A stretch of 64,000 nt of DNA, from assembly GCA_964187785.1 (NCBI GenBank), contig OZ076409.1, forward strand, positions 58,840,001-58,904,000. Reading direction: 5' to 3'. Both the position numbers and the translations under genes were made by a program. This DNA is from Amphiscolops sp. MND2022 (lineage: Eukaryota). The notes under the pieces are model-generated. The model was given only the letters and a program-made list of their open reading frames with translations, had not been told where the DNA came from and did not search any database. Every line of letters begins with the position of its first letter. The stretch's first letter is position 1. Of the stretch, positions 33,923 to 46,684 are shown one piece after another.

Positions 33923-35896
33923 AGCATCCATAAAGTTCCATCTTCCTAGAGATTTCAAATGTTTCAATTGTACTATCACAGTTTTCCTGATGATCATTTT
34001 GCTAATAACTTTCCCAATTTGTGAAACTGTGCTTGATAATAACCTCTTTTCTCTGACGTATAACCAAGCTCTTTTTATGTCTCTGTAATATGCACTGTCC
34101 ATTCCTTGACGAAATTGATGAAAGTTGAAATATTTTTGATAAACAGACCACAATTTATTTTCCCTTGATTACCGAATTTATCCTTTTCATCTGAAACATC
34201 TTTTTAAAAATAATTTTGATAGTTTTTTCATTAAGCTACACTAAGGTACCAAAAAGCTAAAGACTCAATTTCAATGACAAAAAATTTCAAATCGCAATAA
34301 ATTTTTGTACATTCAATTGACACAAAAGTAACAGGAGCAAAACGTTCTAGAATTCTCATCAAAATGACATGGGTATTTTTGGTATAACGCTCAGCTTTTT
34401 CCATCTAATTAAATCCATCATGCAAAATTTTGAAAACCGCTGTTCGTAGCAAAAGTCCTTGCAACAAACTTTGTGCGTTTGATTCAGATCTATAACTTTT
34501 GACTCCAACTTTTTTATGAAAACGAACTCCTTCGAAATTTACTAGGTAAAATGATACCTTTTCAATTTTTACTTCATAAAATATTGTTTTGAAGGAATTA
34601 GCAGAGCAGTGTGAAGGCTACAAAAATAATAGACGGAGGTTTTTTATGACAAGTAGTTTTTGAGATAGTGTCTGATAAAGTTCCAAAAAATTGAAAGTTT
34701 TCTAAAATATCATGCTATACAACTTTTGAACTTTTTATTCGACAGCGAAACAAAAACAAAATTGAATTACCGTTGTAATTTTGATCAAAATTTGAGAGAC
34801 TTTTGCTTCTGTGACTTTTTTGTAAAACGAATATAATAAAAGAACTTCCACGTTAACTTTTTCAGTCAAATCCAGTGTCTTTAGCTTTATGGTGTTCTCT
34901 AGTGTATAATAATTTCGATTTCCAAACCAGAATTTCGAAAAAATCGCAAAAGTTTGCCGCAGTACATTTGATATCTTGATTAACAAAAAAGCTGTCTAAA
35001 AAGAAGCGTGTGAAAAGAAATTGGTAACTGCTAGTAAAAAACAGCGTTGAACCCCCCAGACACCCCTATTTGAAGATTAGCCCCCAGATAGGACCTCCTG
35101 GAGAACCGGCATCTCAAATTCTTGAGCAAGAATCCAGTTTTTGTATTTAGGCAGAGAATAAACAGAATATTATTATTGCCATTTTCTAATGATATTTGAA
35201 CCCAAGATTCCAGATTATCATTGCCACCTTATGAAACACAATGCCTCAACCGCACCCTCACCGTGTGAACTCCTTAAAAATAGCCCCAAAAGTACTTAGG
35301 GGCCTGTCGTTCATGAGATCCTTTTGACACCAACGAAGAATTACTGTGGTCGCGGTCAATATATAAGCACGGAGCAAAAAGCTGAAGAAGAACTCAAATC
35401 TTATTACACTAATTCTCGAAACTCATGTACGTTATCCATGAGACCCAATGGTTATCCGAAATTAGGTAATATAAAAAAATTCATATTTTGGCAAAAAGAC
35501 AGAACAAATGTCAATGTAATCTTAAATTGGAGATATCTGAGGTCTTAGTGCAACTAACAGACCAGTGTTTGTAATATACCCATGATATACCTATGAAAAG
35601 ATGTACGGATGAAAAGCTGTTTATTTGGGTTACAGGAAACGAGGATAGTCTGACGGTTTTTGACGGTAAACGGTGAGAGTCCAAGTTCATTTGACGTTTG
35701 AACTCTAATGATCTCACCCAGTCAAACAAAAAACAACGGAATAGTAGTTTCATCAAGAACAAGAAGAGGTGGAGGCAAATGAATAAAATTTTACGCTCGA
35801 CTTTGAAACATTAATGATAAAAAACATCGTTGACTCAGATCTGATAGAGTGCAGTGCTACATGGAAACAACAAGTCAGTAATTGCAGCGTTAGAAT

Positions 35897-35958
35897 GGCC
35901 GCCGACTGGAAACTTTCTGTTTCGACATGTCGAAACAGAAAGTTTCCAGTGGGCGGCC
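35897..35958. repeat. 62-bp loop-less palindrome centred on GACA|TGTC
   Basis: GGCCGCCGACTGGAAACTTTCTGTTTCGACA followed by its reverse complement, one mismatch. Confidence 0.92.
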
Positions 35959-36622
35959 TTTCAGGTTACAGAAAAGACTAATCACTAGGTGTGCACTCCT
36001 ATACAGTGTAGGTTTGGAGAGTCATTTGGAGAGAGGCTGCAGTATAAGAAAAATATCGCAGTGGCACTGCGCCTCTTGCCATGTATACAATAAATTTTGC
36101 CAAAGACTCAAAGGATTTTCCGAGAGAACGTCAACTGCCCCTTATCAGTTGCAGTAGTGTTATTCCACTTCAACGAATTCATACCTTTGGAGATTCAGAA
36201 ATTAATTTCATTGTGAATGGAAACGCTTCGATTTTTTTGAATAAATGTTTGACAGTCTTTGCAGTTCTCAGAGAACTTTCGTTATTTCAAAGAGAAAAAA
36301 AATATCTCAAGTTTTGTTTCGTCACAGAAGCTGACTTTCAAAGATAATTTTTGAAGAACTCTAGCTAGACGAACAAGGCTGCAATTCGTCTAGTAAAGGC
36401 ACCGTTCATGAACAGTTAAACCACAAACAAGACTTCACGACAATAGTATCTTTGATCCTTAGACAAGCACCATTTGGCCAGTGTCTCTTTTAATATAAAA
36501 GTGCCACTCGTCAACATGCACCTGCTTGAAATATGAAGAAACAGTGGAACAGTTTATTGAGTATTGTCAGTTTTACAAGAGAATTCAAGAAAGAAAAGAG
36601 GCACAATTGATAACTTTGTAAC

Positions 36623-36823
36623 TGTTGTATCTTGTTTGAAAACTTGTAAGGAGAGTGCGTTGTATAAAATTCAACTATTCTCAAGCTATATTTTTTTCAT
36701 TATCATCGAGTGATAAACTTCATCTGCTCTAATGTGGCAAGCAGGTACAAAACTATAAATAGCATTATCATAACAATAAGGCAGACTAATTAGTTTTTTG
36801 TTAGAGTTCGTCTGTCCTCTACA
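36623..36823 (-). repeat. 3' LTR of Gypsy element 1
   Basis: About 7 substitutions and 1 indel vs 42445-42646; adjacent PPT (minus AGTAGAGGGGTGAA, 36824-36837). Confidence 0.95.
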
Positions 36824-37899
36824 TTCACCCCTCTACTATTGGCTGATGATAGGCCAATGGGGGTGTTGGAGTTTTTGTTGTGGCGGACATTCCTCCACTG
36901 GTCCAGTTTCTGGTGGACGGTTGACCGTTCCTGGCAACTTTGTTTGTTCCGGTTCACAATTGGCCGTAACGTCTGGATGCATGTATCTGGCCGGTCTTCT
37001 TTCCCCTCCGGTTGCGTTGTTGGTTGATCCGGTATTGCCGAATTCAGTCTTCTTACGGTGTTTCCTGTAATCATGACAAATGGGATTATTATATCTAATG
37101 ATTGGGTTAGTTTTTGTCAGTCTCTTTGATCTGCGAATGGGTTCCTTTTCTTCCTTGTCGATTTCAGGTTTGAGCTCAAGTTGCTCGCTAGGTCTAGATC
37201 AGAATTTTCAAAGTTATCTTCTAATGCGTTCTGATTGGTGTTGTTATCAGTAAATAGCTTACCGTTTTCATTTCTGAGTAAAAGTTCTTGGTCTGCATGT
37301 TTGGTGTCGGTTATGGCACGGTCTACTTCCGTGTCCGTCATATTCGCTGTGACTATGGTTAATGGGCCCGGTGCGGTTGTTGCTTGTGGCGAGTTTGGGC
37401 TTGTACGGTCTCGAACCAGGTTTGGTCTGCCTCTCCCGAGTGTGCCCGTTTTGAGTGTTGTATTGGTTTGTGGTTCTGGAGTCTTTGAGCTCTCTGTATC
37501 CATTAATGTCGTCTCTGATTCGCTGTCCGATTCGATCACCGTCGTTCTCCTTTGTTTGGACGGTGATCTGATAAATCGGCCGTCTGGTCCGCGTGGTCCA
37601 ACTCCCTTGCTGTTCTGTTCCTGGTTAAAATTTGAAATGGGTTTATTAATCGTTTTCTCATGTAGGATTCTTCCGTTTGGTGTGGTTACGTTATGTTTTG
37701 TGCCCGATACTGCTAATTGTGGTTTATCGGAATAAGCACTTTCGAAGTTATTACGCTGGTGTTTTTTTCTAAAAAGAAAAAAGGGTAGCTACTAACTCTT
37801 TTTGCGTGTTTCTTTGGCTTCATTGGCAGCTGGTCGGACAGACCGCCAACTCCCCTGAACGAGTATACCTGCAAGGTATCTGGTTTTGCTGAAACGGAA

Positions 37900-38770
37900 T
37901 TTTTTGTTAGTTTTTCTAGGTTATCGAGTTTCAGTAAGTTAATTATCTCCGTGTTAGGTTTCCGTCCGTAATGTAATTCAAAGGCGGACTTTTTTTAAAC
38001 GCGAGTGTGGTGTTTCTCTCATTACGTCTAACGACAGGTCCAGGGCTTTGCAAAAGCGTTCTGCAGCTTTAATTTTTGTTAGCAGGTTTTCCTTCAGTGT
38101 TCTGACCCCCCGTTCCACTAAACCGGTAGGGGTGTGGATTTACGGTGTCCCGTATATTAGTTTGATGTAGTGTTCTTTACAAATATTTCTAAACGGGCGT
38201 CCCGTAAAAGCGTAGCCATATCGGTCCTTATTGTTTTAGAGATTCCATTTAACTGAATGTACTGTTCGAGAAATTTTATCGCCGTTTCGCCATCGGTAGA
38301 CGTGCAAAAGCTTGCCGCTGGCCACTTACTGAGCCGGTCCATGGATAGTAAAATGTGGAATCGACGGTTGTCTACCGTGATTGGTCCGATGAAATCCAAT
38401 TGTATTTTTACGTTCGGATTTTCTAACCGGGGGAGGTGGTTCGTTTCCGTTCTTGGTATATCAAGTTTAATGCTCTTACCGGACATTTTGCAGGGGATGC
38501 ATGACTCGCATTTCTTTTGGATTGCCTCGGTCATCTTCGGCCACCAGAAATGTTTTGCGGCAGTTGTCATCTTATTGATGCAGTAAACTGATAATCGTTG
38601 TTCGGAGATTCTTTGGGACAAAGATTTTGTCTTCAATAAGGACTAGACCGAACCGGCTTGATAGTTTCTTTTTGTGTGGTAGGTATTGGTCTGAAATTTG
38701 GTCGTGTTGCTGGCGTTCAAGGCAGGCCAGTGTTTCTAATAGGACCGGGTCGTTGGTTGTCTCGCTCATT
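37900..38770 (-). pseudogene. Gypsy integrase (HHCC zinc-binding and rve core), frameshifted
   Basis: ISLLH...HFWWPKM...CESCIPC; IQLDFIGP; IRTD; GLVERGVRTLK. Confidence 0.88.
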
Positions 38771-39552
38771 AGTAATTGTAGGTCTGTGGAAAAGTTATTC
38801 AGTTTCTCTCACAGCCTGCTCTAGGTCCCAGTTGTTCGCTTCTTGTGCCAGAACTTTCGAGGCATGTCCCATTTTGACATATTGCACGCTTTTAACTCCC
38901 ACGTAGCGTGCCCAGTTTATTGCGGGAAGATTGACGGGTCTTGGTCCGTCTCCGACTCAATGTCGCCCTATTCCATTGGCATGGGGGCGAATAAGTCCTG
39001 GCCCGATGTGGCTGTCGATGACCCGGGTAAGTCTTGGTACTGGGCCGGTGTTGGTCTGTCCATTTCCCAGAATGGATCTACGGTCCATTGCTCAGATCTT
39101 CTCGTTTGTGGCTGAAATCCTCCACTGTGTTGTGGGCCGATACGTTGTCTCAGATCGCCTTGTTCTCTGCCTCGTATATTCTGTTGAAGTCTCTCTTCAA
39201 TTACCCGTCTTTCGTTCCGTAAGAATTTGGGCTCGTGGTACTTTTTCCATTTCCCTCCGGTCATACGATAAAGGCCGAGTTTTACAATTTCTTTCCACCG
39301 TGGAAATAATTCGGTGGTTTCTGCTGAGGAGTCTACTGCTGCCAAGTTATCAATTGTTTTAACGTCCATTCCAGTGTTATTTTCTGTTGTAGCGTTGCGT
39401 CTTAACGTTGAGCTGTTAAGGCAATCAATGGCGATTTGTTTGCGCGCGTCCTGTGACCGCGGTTCGTTATTTGTTTTGCGTTCGTTTTCGACCGTGTCGC
39501 TTCCTGATTGGTTAACGTGGTTGCTAAGGCAACCGTGTTTGGAGATGAAGTT

Positions 39553-41084
39553 TTAGTGCGGTATGACGTTGTTTATGCCGTATTCTTCGTCGTACGCTTC
39601 ATCTGTTTGCGGCGGCGTTGACGGATTTCTGCTCAAGTAATCCGTAAGTGCTAAATGTTTGCCTGCGATATGGTTTACGTTATTATTAAAGTGTGCCAAC
39701 CGGTCCAGCCACCTTGTTAACCATGCGTTGTATGTCGTATTGGATCGGTTTCGTTTAATCAGTGATTCGAGTGCTTGGTGGTCCGTGAGTAGTTTAATCG
39801 GTTTACCGTAAACGTATAATCGGAAGTGTTCTAACCCCCAGACTACAGCCAGTAGTTCGAGCTCGTTGATTGCATATTTCTTTTCGGTATCTGAAAGAAA
39901 TCGACTTGCGAAACTGATTGGTTTTAGATTTTCATCTGGTTTCTTTTGCCAGAGTGTTGCGCCGAGGCTTTTCGTACTGGCGTCGGTTTTCATTACGTTT
40001 GGATAATTCGAGTTATAATGAGCCAGACAAAGTATTTCCGTGATTTTTTGCTTGAGATTTTCAAATGCCGCTGTATGTTCTTCCGTCCATATCCAGTCAA
40101 TGTCTTTCTTTAATAGCTGTCTTAGACTGTCTGTTTGGGCGGAGAGATTGTCTATGTACTTGGATAAGTATTGGATGGCTCCCAGAAACGATTTTAGTTC
40201 TTTTTCGTTGTTAGGTTGTTTCAGATTTTTTATCGCCATCAACTTGTCCTGTAACGGTCTGATTCCGTTTTGGTCTATTTTTTGACCGATCCATTCTTTC
40301 TCGGATTTAAAAAGTTCAGATTTATTTCCGCTGAGCCTGTAACCGGCATTTTCCAGCCGGGTTAGTACTTTTGTTAGCTCCTTTTTGTGTTGTTCTTTTG
40401 ACCCTTTGGTTACGATGATGATGTCGTCTAGCCATGCTGGGTGTTTATTTTCCAGTGTTTGGTCGATTTTCTCCTGAAAGATGGTCGGTGTATCCGCTAA
40501 CCCGTAGAATCCCTTTATTAACCGGCAGTAACCGGTGAAGTCACCGCCGGTACGGCGAAAATACATAGATTTTGGGCCTCTTTTGATAAGATCAGCTGGT
40601 CGTATGCTCAGTCCAGATCGAGTTTTGATCCTTCTGCAATTTCGTTTGAGATTCTGGAGATTAGTTCCTCCACCTTGGGCATTTGCGCCTTTCGTTTGAT
40701 GGTAAGTTCGTTGAGTTTTCGTGAGTCCAATGCGATTTTTACCGACTTGTCCTTCTTTACCGTAATTACGGCCGGGCTAACAAAGCAGTTTTCATCAATG
40801 TTGTTCGCTTTTTCAATATGGCCTTGTTTGATACGTTTATTTATTTCTTTCCCGACCGATTGTTGCAAGTGGATCGGTGTTGGTCTTCCTTTTTGCTGTA
40901 TCAGTTTTGCGTCTTCTTTTAAGTGTATTTTTACCTCGATTCCATTTACGGTGTGAATTTCGTTGAAGAGTTTTTTGAACCTTTTCTTCAGGACGGTTAC
41001 ATCCGAGTCCTCGGTTACATGGTTTACCTGTGGGTCAATATTGTTGGTATCAAGTGTTATTCCCAGTTTCTCCATCCAGTCCAA
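39553..41084 (-). pseudogene. Gypsy reverse transcriptase and RNase H, frameshifted
   Basis: SPAVITVKKD...ALDSRKLN; GFYGLADTPTIFQ; WLDD; KSFLG; TDAS; ELELLAVVWGLEHFRLY; TDH; DYLSR. Confidence 0.92.
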
Positions 41085-41094
41085 GCCTAATAAA

Positions 41095-41330
41095 GGGTTA
41101 GTTTTCTTTGTGGTTATTAGTACTTCTAGGTTGTTCCGTTTCCGTTTACTTCTACTGATGCGATTGTTTTTACCTCGAATTTTATCTGGTTGTCGTTCAC
41201 ATCTCTGTATTCAGTTCCAATGGGCATCAGTTGTGTTATTCTGTTGAACTGTGACTTCTGTATTAAAATTACCGGTGAGCCACTATCTATTATGAATTTG
41301 ATTGACCGGTTGTTCACCAATGCGGTGAGA
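41095..41330 (-). pseudogene. Gypsy aspartic protease
   Basis: FIIDSGSPV motif, with PLLGLDW downstream. Confidence 0.85.
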
Positions 41331-41469
41331 GTGAAAAATTCTGGACCGTTCCTCTGTATTTGGCGTGTTGAATGGACCTTATGGTTTACTGAATGGATTG
41401 TGTTTGGAGACCAGTCGTCTTCTTCCGCGATGCTTGCCTCATCATCCTGTACGAGGTTTACTCTTTTGT

Positions 41470-42388
41470 TTGTTCTGCAATATTTTGCGTAGTGTCCGAT
41501 CTTTTCACATTTTGGGCATTTCTTTTCTTTGGCCGGACATTAGTGTTGTCTGGACCAATTGGGTTCTCCGCATCTGTTGCAGTCTACTTTTTTGAACTTT
41601 GTGGGTTTCTCCGACAGATCTTTTGTGTTCTTTGTTTTTTTTTATTGAGGTATCTGATTTTCTTCTCTTCTTCTGTTTCCGGTGAGTCGTTTAATTTTTC
41701 GTACATGTATTCATGTAATGCTTCGGTGATTGCCTCTTTTGACATGTCGCTTTTTCTGATTGATTTTCTTTTTGAGGTCGTAGTCACCCATTGATTTCCC
41801 GATGACGGATAGGAATTTTGATTCTAGAAGTTCTGCCGCGGTTATTGTTTCAAATTCGCAATTTTTCTCGACTTCTCGTATCCGTTTCCATACGTCCGCC
41901 GCGGACTCTCCGTCTTCCCGTTTGAGATCGAAGAAATCGGCTCTGCTGTGTTGGACATTTCTCTCAGGTGTGAAATGTAGTCGGAACAATGTATATAGTT
42001 TGTATAACGGAAGTGAGCTTTGTTCTCTTTCTCTAACCGTTTTGGTCATTTCCGTGGTTGCGTTTTGTCCAATTGCCCATAGGAATATATCTTTCATCTC
42101 CGTTTCCAATTGGTCACTGTACTGTGGTAGTATTTCTTTGCTGTTTGTCATCTTTGAGAGATCCAAGTCCTTGGTCATTTTTATATATTGTACAAACTTT
42201 CGCCACCACATGTTGGCATTGGTGTAATCTTGTTTTTCCAACGTTGGAATGGTAAGCTTCTGTGTACACGTCCGTTCATTAGTTCTATTGAGTGTGTCAT
42301 TTGGTAGCGGTTGGTCACCCGAGTGATTTCCCGCCGACGTCCTGTTGGTGGCTCCATTCCTTGGAGTAGTATTTGTACTGTCGTCCAT
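41470..42388 (-). pseudogene. Gypsy gag with zinc knuckle
   Basis: 225-aa ORF starts just after the PBS; CPAKEKKCPKCEKIGHYAKYC knuckle near 41480-41540. Confidence 0.85.
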
Positions 42389-42444
42389 CTTTGGAGTTGA
42401 TGTACTTGTTCTTCAGTAACTCTATGGTTACACTGACTGCACCA

Positions 42445-42646
42445 TGTTGTATATTGTTTGAAAACTTGTAAAGAGAGTGCGTTGTATTAAATTCAACTAT
42501 TCTCAAGCTATATCTTTTTTCATTATCATCGAGTGATAAACTTCATCTGTTCTTATGTGGCAGGCAGGTACAAAACTATAAATAGCATTAACATAACAAT
42601 AAGGCAGACTAATTAGTTTTTTGTTAGAGTTCGTCTGTCCTCTACA
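42445..42646 (-). repeat. 5' LTR of Gypsy element 1 with adjacent PBS
   Basis: PBS (minus TGGTGCAGTCAG) at 42433-42444, immediately internal to the LTR. Confidence 0.95.
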
Positions 42647-43593
42647 GTAACTAACCGAGAAAACCTGAATCCAAAGAAACAGGTAGTTGTTTGTTAAGTT
42701 CTGCACAGAATCGGAAACATTTAGAAGAACAGCGAAAGCAGAAATTGTAATGCGAAGAAACTAATGAATGAGATCGTCAAACTCAGTTTTAAATGAGTGG
42801 TCAGCAAATAGTGACCGTTTTGGATCAATTTCAATATTCCCCTGAGTTTTGTTATCGGAATTGAAGTGCGTTACAAATATGTTTTGTTAATTACTTTTCA
42901 ATGCATATTAAAACGACAAGCAGTGATAGGTCGCTTAGTACGATACAAGTGGTGAAGAACCTGCAGAAATGAAGATTTTACTCATAACAGAAATGAGATT
43001 GGCTCCCATCCGCTAGAAACCCAAATATTGGCAATTATTATGTTACAAAGCTCTAAAAACAAATTGTATAGCAAAAGATTTTAAGAAAACACCTCTTGAA
43101 CAACCAAAATTTAAATAGAAAAAATGTTTTCATTTTTTAAAATGTTAAAACTTTTGAAATGAATGTTTTCCTTTCGTCAAAAGTTGCGTACTTGAAGTTT
43201 TTTTTTCTCTATTGAATTCATTGAAAAATTAGTGCCATATAAATTTTCAGAAATTCTATTCTATTAAACAAAACGAAAACTTTGAAGGAAACCCAGAACA
43301 TATCGGAGCTTCTATACAAATTTCAGAAAAAACCTTGTGAGTAGAAGAGTAGTTAAATTTCTTCAAGGCAAACAATTGCGTTCTTGACAATTAAATGGTC
43401 TTATCTTTTTTAAATTTCAGCTTGTATTTGAGAACGAATCATCTGTCGACTCAAAAAAGGACCTTATCAATTTTTAAGTGACCTTACGTTTCTGTTTCGA
43501 AAACAATAAAACTAGATTGAATCAATTCTTCTATCAAAGCTTCTTCTTCTTCTGTTGATTCGCTTGTAAAGTTTTAGATTTACAAGATATATA

Positions 43594-43724
43594 AATTCCT
43601 TAGCTGCGTCCACAAAAATTATAAAAATTTCTTGTTCTGGAGCAATTTTCTTGAAATGTTAGTACTGAATAATAGATGAATTTCTACCAGTGCAAAATAT
43701 TATTGTGGACGCAGCTAAGGAATT
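43594..43724. mobile_element. Small foldback/MITE with 22-bp perfect inverted ends
   Basis: AATTCCTTAGCTGCGTCCACAA / TTGTGGACGCAGCTAAGGAATT. Confidence 0.75.
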
Positions 43725-44430
43725 ACAATAATTATAATAGCATAATTATAATAATAGCATCATTAGATATTTTTTCAGCCAATGAAATTGCAGAAAGCTT
43801 GCTTCTCATTCGTTAGAAAATTTACCTTGTTTCCTTCCAACATTTCACGATTTCGGTCACAGTTTTTTTTAAATTCTTCCTAAGTGAAGACAGTATCCAT
43901 AATTCACAGTTATTTTATTGAGAGTTTAGTTTTTTGCCAATCTGATAAAATTCAAATTTCGTCACAATGGCAATGACTGCAGCCTTATTGCGCAATCTGT
44001 GCATTTGGTTCGACATAATTTACGCATTGGTTGGTTCCATCGGCGTAGCTGGTAAGTTTATAGAGTGTCTTTTCCGTTATAAATGAATGGATTACCAGGG
44101 CTACCGAAAAAATGATGGATCAAACCATTATTTTTGATAAATAACTTATTTCTAGTATATTTCCATAAAAATATTTTTTCCTGTGATTCGAAAAACACCA
44201 TAATTTATTTCGGAATTTTCCATTATTTTAGAAATAAAATGAAGCTACAAAGCAAATAAAGGCAGACGTTACCGCCAAGGCAGCTTGCCGTATGTAGGCT
44301 ATTTGAAATTTTATTGTTTACATAAGCAACAAAACCACCACGCGTGTTAGCAAATATCACTGTAAATCTGTACTATACGCGTGCGGTCTATTGTTAAACA
44401 TGTCTGATAAGGAGAAAATGGACAAAGATG

Positions 44431-44854
44431 GGGGCACGACAATTCGTACACACGACATCTCGTACAAAAATCAAAACCAGACATTTCGTACAAAAGCGAA
44501 ACCAGACATTTCGTACAAAAACGAAACCAGACATTTCGTACAAAAATGAAACCCGACGTTTCGTGCAGTTTATATTATACAACTTATTATTATAACGTTG
44601 TCAGCTATGTTCACATACCCCTAGTGCCCTAAATGCAGGAGCGAAGCGAAGCGGAGCGACGTGCCACTTGGCCATACCTCAATGTTGCTACTTGGCGAAT
44701 GGAGCGAAGCGACCGAGCCATACAACATATATGCTAACCTCTTTAATTCAATCAATTTCCATCAGTTTCATTTTTGTACCAATTGTCCGTGTACGAAATG
44801 TCGGGTTTCTGGCTATTGTACGGAATGTCGTTTGTACGAATTGTCGTGGTGGCA
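44431..44854. mobile_element. MITE with 8-9 bp TSD (ACAAAGAT[G]); Mutator- or hAT-like
   Basis: CACGACAATTCGTACA / TGTACGAATTGTCGTG inverted ends; internal GACATTTCGTACAAAA repeats; ACAAAGATG at 44422-44430 and 44855-44863. Confidence 0.7.
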
Positions 44855-44870
44855 ACAAAGATGTACCTCT

Positions 44871-45515
44871 TACGGCCAGCAAAAAATCACGCGCGAACAT
44901 GCCCAAAAATCACGCACTTATTTACGCTATTTTGAATCGAAAATCACGCTAAACTCACGGAAAAAAATTGGAGCAAAAGGTGAATTCAATTCAATTTTCC
45001 AGAGTTCATGTACAGAAACAGCAGTTGTTTGATGGTTTCTGGGTCCAAACGTTGGCGATCAGAAATCAGAATATTTGAAAAACAACTGAAACTTCTTTCC
45101 ACAGCTGCTGAGGATGATTGAAGAAACCTAAAACTTAGCGCAATAGATTAAAGTTGAGGCATTCTACTTTTGTTACCCTTCCAGAAGTCTTGCACTTGTT
45201 CGATTTTGTTTTTTGTATCATCGCAAGTTTCGCAAATGTCAGACATTGGGGTAAATGACCGGGAGATTGATCGATATAATTTAAACTCTGTACTTGATAC
45301 CTTATCAAAGTCAAGAACACTCAAAGCAGGTTTTTCGTCAAAAGCGAGACGTTCGTTTGGATTAAAAAACTGCAAATCGTTCATAAACTTTATCACTTCA
45401 CAACTGTCATATTCCGCGAATTTCTAGTTCCTTTTCATTCCACGCCATGACACGGAGCATTCTGATTGGCTAGAAAATCACGCTAACTCCCGCGCGTGAT
45501 ATTATGCTGGCCTTA
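44871..45515 (-). mobile_element. 645-bp internally deleted hAT element
   Basis: TIR TACGGCCAGCA..ATCACGCGCG / CGCGCGTGAT..TGCTGGCCTTA; 8-bp TSD GTACCTCT; minus-strand hATC relic SSSAAVERSFSCFSNILISDRQRLDPETIKQLLFLYMN. Confidence 0.85.
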
Positions 45516-46017
45516 GTACCTCTGTTTTATTGCAGGTGCTGATTATGCTAAACAACTTCTGCTGGCGAAAAAGAGAAAAATAGATTTCAGCAAGTACGAG
45601 TCATTGAAATAGATTCCATCAACTTCTAACATATGCGAACGGCTCTTTAGCCGTGCAAAACTGACCCAGGGATACTTGAGACATAGCTTGACACCAATGC
45701 ACCTTGAAGCTTGCTTATTTTTGTTTATTAACAAAAAATTGTGGCATGTAAATGTTATTAATGAAGTGTAAAGATGGCTGGCAATTGAAATTATTGCATG
45801 TAATTTAAAATTATGGCCATAGTTTATTTTTTTGCTGAGAAAATATAGTTATTCATGGGCATCAAATCTGAAATAAAATAATTTATTTCTTCTTGTCCAT
45901 ATTATGCAATTAATTTTTCGGTAGCCCTGATTACGTATCAAATAACATAAGAACAATTAACTTAAATACGGAATTTGTCCCATTTAACATAAAAATGAAA
46001 TAAGTTTCATATAGGAT

Positions 46018-46503
46018 AACAAGACGGGAACGTCTAAAGTCGCCGCTATACTTAAGGCTCAAAATGCGCAAAAGACTTTTTTTTTAAAATTTTTGATTTT
46101 TTTTCAGAAAATGTCGCATAGTGCCGAAAAATGTAAAAGGGGGGACCCTTTGGGCTTTATTAACATGTATTCTGTTGCAAATTATCAAAAAACTCGAAAG
46201 GGGGACTCTTTTGAGACATCAAAAAATTTTCGAAAAAAGTCGCACAATGCCGAAAGAAAATCGAACCTTTTAGTCTCGTCTGGTTTTGTAGGTTACGGTA
46301 AAAAAGTAAAAAATGAAAGGGGGACCCTTTTGCACTAATTTCCGCTGACCGGACTTGGCCCCTTATGCTAGTAGTTTTAGTAGTTTCGATTGAATGAAAA
46401 GTGGCCCAATCAGAGTGAGATTGTAGTCTGACGAAAAAAAAATAAAAAAAACTAGCCACTGTAAGAGTCGGGCACTTTTCCCTAGAAAAGCGCCGACTAA
46501 AAA
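46018..46503 (-). mobile_element. Helentron/DINE-1-like element, complete copy
   Basis: AACAAGACGGGAACGTCTAAAGTCGCCGC ... AGTCGGGCACTTTT...AAAAGCGCCGACTAAAAA; same family as 4401-5038. Confidence 0.72.
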
Positions 46504-46684
46504 TAAAACCGAATACCCGGTTAAAATTTTGTCTGTATTTTTCATACTTCTTTCAGTGAGTATTTTCAATTGTGAATGCTTTTGACCACTAAAACTCTCG
46601 TAAACAATTTCATTTTTATGTTTAGTGTAACTCATTTCATTTTTATGTTATTTAAATAACATAAAAAAGAAATGAGTTTCACCT

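Larger units (their letters stand above)
36623..42646 (-). mobile_element. Full-length, decayed Ty3/Gypsy LTR retrotransposon
   Basis: LTRs 36623-36823 and 42445-42646 (TG...CA); TSD GTAAC at 36618-36622 and 42647-42651; PBS and PPT present; gag-PR-RT-RH-INT order on the minus strand with frameshifts and stops. Confidence 0.96.
44096..45929 (+). mobile_element. Internally deleted hAT element carrying two nested insertions
   Basis: TIR CAGGGCTACCGAAAAA / TTTTTCGGTAGCCCTG with ATTAC on both flanks. hAT C-terminal relic at 45541-45771 (IPSTSNICERLFSRAK...LTPMHLEACLFLFINKKLW). Confidence 0.85.

Noticed and set aside
37235..42255. Plus-strand ORFs within Gypsy element 1
   Set aside because: Antisense shadows of the minus-strand gag-pol; no env-like or other signature.
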